In this document: positions 57,245 through 64,000 of the stretch, piece by piece
Layout of the letters: every line of letters begins with the position of its first letter
Numbering within the stretch: position 1 is the stretch's first letter
Source of the DNA: an uncultured Pseudomonas sp.
Lineage (GTDB): Bacteria; Pseudomonadota; Gammaproteobacteria; Pseudomonadales; Pseudomonadaceae
Assembly (NCBI GenBank): GCA_964453495.1
Contig: CAYVPI010000005.1
Coordinates: 23,835-87,834, forward strand
Length of the DNA stretch: 64,000 nucleotides
Reading direction: 5' to 3'
The notes under the pieces: generated by a model
Database searches by the model: none
Told to the model about the DNA's origin: nothing
Seen by the model: the letters and a program-made list of their open reading frames with translations, nothing else
Position numbers and translations under genes: made by a program

Positions 57245-59290
57245 GTGACCGTTCAAACGACAGAAAGCTCTGCCGAGTTCATCACCAACGGGGTTACGAC
57301 CGAGTTCCCGTTCTTTTTCAAGTTTTTGGAGGACGACGACCTCGAAGTCACCTATATAGACGCCGCCGGAACGAGTACCGTCCTGACGCTGGGGCTCGAC
57401 TATACGGCTGTAGGGGCTGGCAAGCCGGCTGGCTGGAAAGTCACTACCACCACAGCCAGAACGACCGGCAAGCTGGTGGTTGCCCGAATCATGGATACGA
57501 TTCAGCAAACATCGCTGCGCAACCAGGGCTCTTTCTTCGCCGAAACGCATGAAGATGTTTTTGATCGCCTGACGATGCTGATTCAGCAAGCGTTTACTTG
57601 GTTGTCGAGGGCATTGCTGCGCCCGTTTGGTAAGGATTACTACGACGCCGAAGGAAGAATCATTCGGAACGGCGGCGATCCTGCACTCAATCAGGACTTC
57701 ACCACGCTGAAGTGGGTGCAGCAATACATTGGGCAGCTCTTCGCTTCAGGCCAAGGTCCGGCCAACGTTGCTCAGAATGTGCTCTATGTGGACCCTGACC
57801 TTGTCACTCGGGTAGTCCAGGACATGTCCCGCACTGGCGACAAGCAAGGTGCGAACATGCTGTACCTGAACAATATACGGCGACACATCCATTTCGAGTC
57901 TGATGATGCTATAGGCCAAGCCCACGGGATGTCTGGGCGGTTCACAAGCAATGCTGTTGCGGACACCTTGTTTTTAGAGCGCATTGCAAATGGTGGAGCT
58001 GCTTCGTCTGGATATGCTGTTCATTGCCTTGACTCGGGTACCGGCAATCCAACTATTGGCGATGGCGGCGGGGCAATCGGTGGCGCCACAGACAGGCTCA
58101 CTCCCGCAAGCGCAATCGTCGGCAATCGACGCGGCACCGGGCAGGGCTATGGGGTAATCGGTTCCCGCCTCGAAAGCGGGAATGGTGATGGTGTGCAGGG
58201 CTTCAAGGCAGGCTCCGGTGCCGGCAATGGCGTCCAAGGCTACATCGTACAGACTGCCCAAGGCCACGGCGTATTCGGCAAGCACGAGGGTAGCGTCAGC
58301 GGCTCAGGTGTCTTTGGCGAGCGCCAGAACGGTGCTGGCGAAGGACCGGGTGTACTAGGCCATGCGGCAGGTATTGGCGTAGGCGTTGAGAACGCCTCTG
58401 TGATGGGCTTCAAGCTCCCCACTGAGACCTCCCCTGCGGGCCTGTTTGATGGCCGTGGTGTGCATGCCGCGCTTCGTGCGTTCTCTGCCACCTCTACGAC
58501 TGCAAAGTCGCTGGAGTGTGAATCGGATGTAACGGCCACCGCGCCGATCTCGAACACCCTTGACCGAAACTATGGCTTGAACGGTACGAATACCCGCATC
58601 CGCACAATCGGCGGTGGCGCTCGCACGGGTATTGTTCAAGGCCTGGATCTGTCAGTTGCTCCAACAGCCGCCTCAAGCGGAGCATCGGCGGTGTACGCCC
58701 TGAGTGTGCTGGTCGGCGCCAACGTAACTGGATCCGCCGATGTCCGTTGTGCGAACTACAACAACAACGCAACCGGGATCACTGATTCCTATGGGTTCCT
58801 GTCTGTTGTCAACGGTTCGAATACTCGTAACTACGCCGTGTATGGCAATGCGGTAGGCGGCGCAACCAACTGGTCTGGTTACTTTGTGGGCAACGTCTTT
58901 TACGGCGGCACCCTGACCCCCTCTGATCGTCGGTTGAAGGACAACATCGAGGAGGTGGATTACGCCCAGGCGCTAAGCAATGTGCTTGCCTGTCCCGTTT
59001 ACACCTATCGCAAACACGCAGCCTACATGGAGCGCCTGTGGGAAGAGCAAGTCGAGGACCGCGACGGCAATCTTATCTGGGCAGAGCGTGAAGTCAGGAC
59101 TGTCGTGGCCGAGAAAGAAATCGGTAACATGGCCCAGGACATCGAGAAAGTTAACCCTGAAAACATCACTCGATACTTGGTCGGCGACACCGAGTACCTA
59201 TCCGTCTCAGACCGTTCGGAACTGTTTCAACTGAAAGCTGCAGTGAAGTACCTGGTAGAGCGCCTACGAGAGGGGGGCATTGAGATATAA
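57245..59290 (+). CDS. Tail fibre/spike: N-terminal virion anchor, Gly-repeat body, C-terminal S74 intramolecular chaperone
   Basis: NGVTTEFPF.F...DLEV...Q.T.LRNQG.FF.E.HE..FDRLTML.QQ anchor; 13-aa GxGxGVxG repeats; SDRRLK at 58922-58939. Confidence 0.9.
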   Translation: MTVQTTESSAEFITNGVTTEFPFFFKFLEDDDLEVTYIDAAGTSTVLTLGLDYTAVGAGKPAGWKVTTTTARTTGKLVVARIMDTIQQTSLRNQGSFFAETHEDVFDRLTMLIQQAFTWLSRALLRPFGKDYYDAEGRIIRNGGDPALNQDFTTLKWVQQYIGQLFASGQGPANVAQNVLYVDPDLVTRVVQDMSRTGDKQGANMLYLNNIRRHIHFESDDAIGQAHGMSGRFTSNAVADTLFLERIANGGAASSGYAVHCLDSGTGNPTIGDGGGAIGGATDRLTPASAIVGNRRGTGQGYGVIGSRLESGNGDGVQGFKAGSGAGNGVQGYIVQTAQGHGVFGKHEGSVSGSGVFGERQNGAGEGPGVLGHAAGIGVGVENASVMGFKLPTETSPAGLFDGRGVHAALRAFSATSTTAKSLECESDVTATAPISNTLDRNYGLNGTNTRIRTIGGGARTGIVQGLDLSVAPTAASSGASAVYALSVLVGANVTGSADVRCANYNNNATGITDSYGFLSVVNGSNTRNYAVYGNAVGGATNWSGYFVGNVFYGGTLTPSDRRLKDNIEEVDYAQALSNVLACPVYTYRKHAAYMERLWEEQVEDRDGNLIWAEREVRTVVAEKEIGNMAQDIEKVNPENITRYLVGDTEYLSVSDRSELFQLKAAVKYLVERLREGGIEI

Positions 59291-59322
59291 TCACCTTTTT
59301 TATACAAAGCACATGGTGATCA

Positions 59323-60834
59323 GTGAAGATTTTGTTTATGGCTTCAGCTGTTTTGCTGGCATCTCAGGCTGTCAACGCTGAAGTCTGCGAGCAACCCCAA
59401 AAGGAACCCTCCATCGTCAAATCACTAGTTTCTATGAGTGATTCAGGTTCCAACCAGCCCGCTGTGATAGACCTCAACAAGCACGTTAGTTATTCAACGA
59501 CCGATGCTGTCAATCGCCCCAGTTCGCTTGCTGCAAAAAGGGCTACAGCAGGCGTCGCCGATGCTGTTTTTGCTGATCACGAGGCTATAGGGCCACAAGG
59601 TTCTGGTTATGGATTTCACGCGCTGGATCATGGTGATGGCGGCAATGGAGGCGGCGCGATTGGCGGGGCAACCGAGAGATCCAAGCTCGCCGACGCAATA
59701 GTCGGAAACAGGCGTGGCTCCGGGCCTGGTAACGGAATGATTGGCACCAGGTGGGAGGATGGTGAGGGCAATGGGGTCATGGGCGTGATGCGAGGGTCCG
59801 GTTCTGGTAGCGGCGTTATGGGCTATAAAGCTCTTTCTGGTACCGGGGACGCCATCTACGGAAAGAACGAATCTGCCTATGGATCCGGTGTTTTCGGCCA
59901 TCGCCTGGTTGGTGCTGGGCATGGGTTCGGCGTGCTTGGGCACGCTGAGGGCGTAAACGCGAAAGAGGATGCGTCTGTCGCGGCAATAAAGACAGCGAAA
60001 GACAATGGTTACGCGCTCTTTGTTAATTCAAAAAGTACTGACTCGGCACTCCGTGTATCCGCCGGGGTGAACTCCGCTCTAGCTATCGATTCGTTTACTG
60101 ATATTGCAAACGCTAGCCCGGTTTCGAATCGTTTCGAGAGAGCAAACGGCGACGGCGGCACCGCTGCAGAGTTTGTTGTCTCCGGATCTGGCCAACGGTC
60201 CCAACCATTGGCTGGTCAGCTAGTGGCAGTTTTCCCGCCGAATGTTTCGAATGGAGCCGCGACTGTCTCAGGTCAAAGCATCGTCATCGGGGAGAGCGTC
60301 CAGGGTTCTCGAGATGTTCGTGGTGGTAATGCCAATGTCTTTGCAACCAAGGGCGAGGAGTCTTTCGGTTACAGATCACAGGTGACGGGTGACAACACAA
60401 CCAATTACGGCGTTTACAGCAACGCCACGGGCGGAAAGGTGAACTGGTCGGGCTACTTTGTCGGAGACGTTCTGGCGGCGCGGGTCCTGGTACCTGCAGA
60501 CAAGAAGCATCAAGATATTCACGGTGAGGCTGATTATCAGAAAAGTCTCGAAAATGTCATGGCTGGAAAGGTCTATGTGTCCGACCGATACATTACCTGG
60601 AAAGAGACCGACGCTCAGGGCGCAGTCGTAGAGAAGCGGCAGAAAGTATCCAGTAACGAGCTGAACGTGCTTGCAGAGGATGTGAAGGCAACAAATCCTG
60701 AAGCAGTAAAAGAATCGGAGGACGGATCGCTTTCCATCTCTGACCGGGAGGAGCTTTACCAGTTGAAGGCTGCCGTGATCTATCTAACCAAACGACTCAA
60801 GGAAAAGGGTGTTGATGTGACACCCGGAAGCTAA
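59323..60834 (+). CDS. Signal-peptide-bearing paralog of the tail fibre body and chaperone
   Basis: MKILFMASAVLLASQAVNA signal; colinear blocks shared with 57245-59290; ADKKHQ in place of SDRRLK. Confidence 0.85.
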   Translation: MKILFMASAVLLASQAVNAEVCEQPQKEPSIVKSLVSMSDSGSNQPAVIDLNKHVSYSTTDAVNRPSSLAAKRATAGVADAVFADHEAIGPQGSGYGFHALDHGDGGNGGGAIGGATERSKLADAIVGNRRGSGPGNGMIGTRWEDGEGNGVMGVMRGSGSGSGVMGYKALSGTGDAIYGKNESAYGSGVFGHRLVGAGHGFGVLGHAEGVNAKEDASVAAIKTAKDNGYALFVNSKSTDSALRVSAGVNSALAIDSFTDIANASPVSNRFERANGDGGTAAEFVVSGSGQRSQPLAGQLVAVFPPNVSNGAATVSGQSIVIGESVQGSRDVRGGNANVFATKGEESFGYRSQVTGDNTTNYGVYSNATGGKVNWSGYFVGDVLAARVLVPADKKHQDIHGEADYQKSLENVMAGKVYVSDRYITWKETDAQGAVVEKRQKVSSNELNVLAEDVKATNPEAVKESEDGSLSISDREELYQLKAAVIYLTKRLKEKGVDVTPGS

Positions 60835-60878
60835 TCGTTTAGAGCCGGGATCTAACCGACTGATGTTTATAGGGTGAA

Positions 60879-60914
60879 AAAACAAGGCCCGCGAAATTCG
60901 CGGGCTTTGTTTTA
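60879..60914. terminator. Bidirectional terminator
   Basis: AAAACAAGGCCCGCGAA-A-TTCGCGGGCTTTGTTTT between convergent genes. Confidence 0.8.
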
Positions 60915-62804
60915 AAAGAGATAATTGTTTTCTTCTCTTAGCTTTTTCCCGAATATTTTAGAGCCTGCCAAGGTAAAGTGCCCTTGGTCGAAGTAAAGAT
61001 ATTCCCCGCTTTCTGAAAGTATGTCGCACTTGAGGTCTTCGCCGCATTGCACGTCAAGCGCGCTCACATACTTTACATCTTTGAAATTTTCTTTTGTAAA
61101 GAATTCTTTTAATTCCTTGTCATATTTGACTCTGTCCAGCACTTCAAAATTTCTTGCGAATTTGTTTATGCTAGAAGCGGTTACGTGGCGCTTAATTTGA
61201 GCCTCTTTTGATATGTTTAGTGCTGTGTCTGTAAAGATCATTTTCGGACCGATTACAAATATCGGAGCAGAAGTGATATTTCTAATTTTTTTTATTACTT
61301 CGGTGAGGCCGCCCAGATTTTTTCCGCCCCAGTCATCGTGTAAATAAATTGTTTCCGCTGTTTTGAGCTCTGGTGCTTCTAGGACGATTTTAAGCTCACT
61401 CTTGCATTCCTCTGCTTTTGCTGCGAAGACGTAGTTGTTTGAAAAATTGAAGCAGTAAAATGATGTTTCTAAAAGTTTTATTTGTCCTTTGAATCCATTC
61501 TCTGTTAGGGCATATGAAAAATCATAGGCGTGCGAGTTCCCTATAACAACAACCTTCTTCAGGTCTATTGAATTGTCGAATTCTGCGGTTGTCTTAATTC
61601 CATGCCAGTATCTACCTCGCTCTGCAGTCAACTGCTCTTGCGTTAACAATGCGTACGGAAACCGAGAAGGAATACCTTCTTTCAGGTACACGACGACAGG
61701 AAACACTGCGAGTAAGATCCCCGATAGCACAGTGGCGACGGCAAACCCTTTGCGCTTTGGTTTGCTGTTATGACGGAACGTCTGCTCGATAAAACGCCAA
61801 CTCAGGTAACCCAGAGCGATCGACGAAAACACTAGGCCGAGGGCAATCTCTGTCGTTATTTCAATGCGCGAGTAGTGCAAGAAGCTGATAAGTGGCCAAT
61901 GCCAAAGGTACAGAGAGTAGGAGATTAGCCCGATGAAGACAAATGGGCGGCTTGCCAGAATCCGTGAAACTACGCTTTGTCCCAAGGCTCCGGAAGCAAT
62001 GATCAGGCCAGCGCCAACACATGGGATCAGTGCGTTAATGCCAGGGAATCCTGATGTCTTGCCCAGCAATACGGCGGGTATTAGCACCATGAAAAGGCCA
62101 GCTAACGATAAGGCGTTGGCCATGATGTTACTGGCTTTCACCGAATGGCGCTTCGAAAGCCAAAAAGCCAAGAGTGCACCAACAAGTAACTCGCCGGCCC
62201 TTGATGGGAGTAGGAAGTATGTCCCGGCCCATGAATGTCGAACCCCAATTTCTGCAAGCGTGAACGAGGCAATGAGGATCGCGGAAATCACGGTGAAGCG
62301 CGCAGCTTGGGTCTTGAGCTTCAGTATTAGCACAAGTGCCAGTGGCCAAATGAAGTAGAACTGCTCTTCTACTGATAGCGACCATATATGTAACAGTGGC
62401 ATTTCTTCGGCGCTGGAGGAGAAGTATCCGCCAGAGTTTTTCCAAAAGAAGATGTTGGACACAAAGGCAATAGCGCTCAAGGTGCTTTGTGAAAGAACGC
62501 TATAGTCGCTGGGGATGTACAGTAAATAACCTGCGATCATCACCGCCAATAATACGACATAAAGCGCTGGCAGAATTCGTTTTGCGCGGCGCAAGTAGAA
62601 GTCGGTGAAGGAAAATGCATCTTTGGATATTTGACTGAGGATAATGCCGGTAATCAAATAACCGGAAATCACAAAAAAGACGTCAACGCCAATGAAACCG
62701 CCAGAGAACGCACTAAATCCTACATGATTTAGAACTACAAGCAGGACAGCAATGGCCCTCAATCCGTCTATGTCGGGGCGATAGGTGAGATTATTGTTGT
62801 TCAT
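60912..62804 (-). CDS. Acyltransferase-3 plus SGNH protein (OafA-like O-antigen acetyltransferase)
   Basis: YRPDIDGLRAIAV, GVDVFFVISGYLI, HIWSLSVEEQFY; periplasmic GNSHA and D.GH; AT-rich. Confidence 0.92.
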   Translation of the reverse strand: MNNNNLTYRPDIDGLRAIAVLLVVLNHVGFSAFSGGFIGVDVFFVISGYLITGIILSQISKDAFSFTDFYLRRAKRILPALYVVLLAVMIAGYLLYIPSDYSVLSQSTLSAIAFVSNIFFWKNSGGYFSSSAEEMPLLHIWSLSVEEQFYFIWPLALVLILKLKTQAARFTVISAILIASFTLAEIGVRHSWAGTYFLLPSRAGELLVGALLAFWLSKRHSVKASNIMANALSLAGLFMVLIPAVLLGKTSGFPGINALIPCVGAGLIIASGALGQSVVSRILASRPFVFIGLISYSLYLWHWPLISFLHYSRIEITTEIALGLVFSSIALGYLSWRFIEQTFRHNSKPKRKGFAVATVLSGILLAVFPVVVYLKEGIPSRFPYALLTQEQLTAERGRYWHGIKTTAEFDNSIDLKKVVVIGNSHAYDFSYALTENGFKGQIKLLETSFYCFNFSNNYVFAAKAEECKSELKIVLEAPELKTAETIYLHDDWGGKNLGGLTEVIKKIRNITSAPIFVIGPKMIFTDTALNISKEAQIKRHVTASSINKFARNFEVLDRVKYDKELKEFFTKENFKDVKYVSALDVQCGEDLKCDILSESGEYLYFDQGHFTLAGSKIFGKKLREENNYLF

Positions 62805-62923
62805 GAATTCCCTTTCTATAGGGCTCCGTAGCGCGCTGAAAATTGGATCCTATTTTACAGGCGGAAGAAACAAATGGTACAGCCCGCTCACGTAATGTGG
62901 ATTTTTTTTCCAGGAGAGTAAGC

Positions 62924-63529
62924 ATGCCGATTACCCAGCAGCAGTTGCTGCAGATCCTCCCGAACGCCCGCCCAGTCGCGGGCGTTTTTGTTCCTGCGCT
63001 CAACGCAGCCATGGCCCGCTACCGCATCAATTCACCGGTGCGCATGGCGGCCTTCCTGGCCCAGGTCGGCCATGAGTCGGCGCAGCTGACGCGCCTAGTC
63101 GAGAACCTGAACTACAGCGCTAAGGGCTTGATGGCAACATGGCCCGCCCGTTTCGATGCCGCTCTGGCGGCGCAGTACGCCCGCCAGCCGGAGTACATCG
63201 CCGCGGTGGTCTACAACGCGCGCATGGGCAACACCGCGTCCGGTGATGGTTGGCGGTACCGGGGGAGGGGACTGATACAGGTCACTGGCAAAACCAACTA
63301 CCAGAACGCTGGCGCAGCGTTAGGATTGGACCTGGTCGCGCACCCTGAGCTGCTCGAGCAGCCGGGGCATGCCGCGATGTCGGCGGCGTGGTACTGGTCG
63401 GCCAATGGCCTGAATGAATTGGCCGATGCAGGGCTGTTCGAGGGGATCACCCGCAAGATTAACGGCGGGCTCAAAGGGCAGGCCGAACGGTTGGCGCTTC
63501 GCGAACGCGCGGCGAAGGTGCTGGTGTGA
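62924..63529 (+). CDS. Endolysin, glycoside hydrolase family 19
   Basis: FLAQVGHES...ENLNYS, YRGRGLIQVTG..NY and INGG motifs. Start re-called at MPIT after AGGAG. Confidence 0.92.
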   Translation: MPITQQQLLQILPNARPVAGVFVPALNAAMARYRINSPVRMAAFLAQVGHESAQLTRLVENLNYSAKGLMATWPARFDAALAAQYARQPEYIAAVVYNARMGNTASGDGWRYRGRGLIQVTGKTNYQNAGAALGLDLVAHPELLEQPGHAAMSAAWYWSANGLNELADAGLFEGITRKINGGLKGQAERLALRERAAKVLV

Positions 63530-64000
63530 ACGGCCGTGCCTGGTTCGTACTGGCCGCCGTACTGGCGCTGATGGCCGGTAGCGGTTGGTCTGCCTGGCGC
63601 TGGCAGGCCAACAGCTACGGCAAACTTCTCGCCGCACAGGCCGCCAATTATCAGGCCGACCTCACGGCGATTGCTAACGCCGGTGCCGCCCAGTCTCGCC
63701 AGGCGCTGGAGAAACAACAGCAGGCCGAACAGGCCCTGGCCGATCTCGACCGCACAGCCACCACGGAGAAATCCAATGCACTTGCTGAAAACGAAACTCT
63801 GCGCCGCGCTGTCGCTGATGGCGCTCGCCGGCTGCGCATCGCGGGAAGTTGTCGTGCCAGTGGGGGCAACATGCCCGGTACCACCGGCGCCGCCAGCTTG
63901 GGCGATGCAAGTGCCGTCGAACTCTCTGCAGCTGCTGGACGGACTGTTTTCGATATCAGGGCCGGAATCATCGCCGACCAAGCAGCCTTGAAGGTGTTGC
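63526..64000 (+). CDS. i-spanin Rz (runs off window)
   Basis: GTGA overlap with the endolysin stop; N-terminal TM (AWFVLAAVLALMAG), coiled coil, GARRLRI. Confidence 0.8.
   Translation, partial: MNGRAWFVLAAVLALMAGSGWSAWRWQANSYGKLLAAQAANYQADLTAIANAGAAQSRQALEKQQQAEQALADLDRTATTEKSNALAENETLRRAVADGARRLRIAGSCRASGGNMPGTTGAASLGDASAVELSAAAGRTVFDIRAGIIADQAALKVL
63776..63991 (+). CDS. o-spanin Rz1, embedded in Rz
   Basis: Lipobox LAGC and Pro-rich CPVPPAPPAWAM; GGAG RBS; +1 frame inside Rz. Confidence 0.85.
   Translation: MHLLKTKLCAALSLMALAGCASREVVVPVGATCPVPPAPPAWAMQVPSNSLQLLDGLFSISGPESSPTKQP

Larger units (their letters stand above)
21700..64000. mobile_element. Temperate prophage (lambdoid early genes plus epsilon15/BPP-1-like podovirus virion genes); right end outside window
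   Basis: Integrase beside tRNA-Cys, then a contiguous immunity, replication, packaging, capsid, tail and lysis gene order. Left boundary is approximate. Confidence 0.95.

Noticed and set aside
59323-59400. Lipoprotein interpretation of the fibre paralog (Cys near the N-terminus)
   Set aside because: The Cys follows A-E-V rather than a lipobox; V-N-A fits signal peptidase I.
57245-60834. Invertible or shufflon tail-fibre switching cassette
   Set aside because: Both genes are in the same orientation, with no invertase or flanking inverted repeats seen, and the second gene has its own start and signal peptide.
57245-64000. Diversity-generating retroelement, suggested by the BPP-1-like virion and duplicated fibre sequence
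   Set aside because: No reverse transcriptase in the window and no near-identical TR/VR pair differing only at adenines; the duplication is gene-length and diverged.

Overview
Pseudomonas-like (probably putida-group) chromosomal window in three parts. (1) 1-14158: a divergently arranged type VI secretion cluster (tssL-K-J-fha-G-F-E-C-B on the minus strand; vasI-tssA-tssM on the plus strand). (2) 14296-21402: a NitT/TauT-type ABC transporter, an OprD-family porin, an AraC regulator and an exported arylsulfatase, followed by tRNA-Gly and tRNA-Cys. (3) About 21700 to beyond the window end: an apparently intact temperate prophage next to tRNA-Cys. It has a lambdoid early region (int/xis, Sak-like, cI/cro with readable OL/OR operators, O/DnaB, ninB, Q) and an epsilon15/BPP-1-like podovirus virion module. 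The most striking observation is at the prophage right arm. The tail fibre gene (57245-59290) is followed by a colinear paralog (59323-60834) in which the virion-anchoring N-terminus is replaced by a Sec signal peptide and the autocleavage Ser/Lys of the S74 chaperone is lost (SDRRLK to ADKKHQ). This paralog converges on an O-antigen-type acyltransferase, making a candidate receptor-masking or decoy system. Other notable items are an HTH-metallopeptidase + PIN-like pair, three small helical-hairpin genes bracketed by a repeat downstream of cI, a LexA-boxed DUF1654-like gene, an unannotated Rmf-like ORF and several structured leader RNAs. All family assignments are by-eye motif recognition; no database searches were run.
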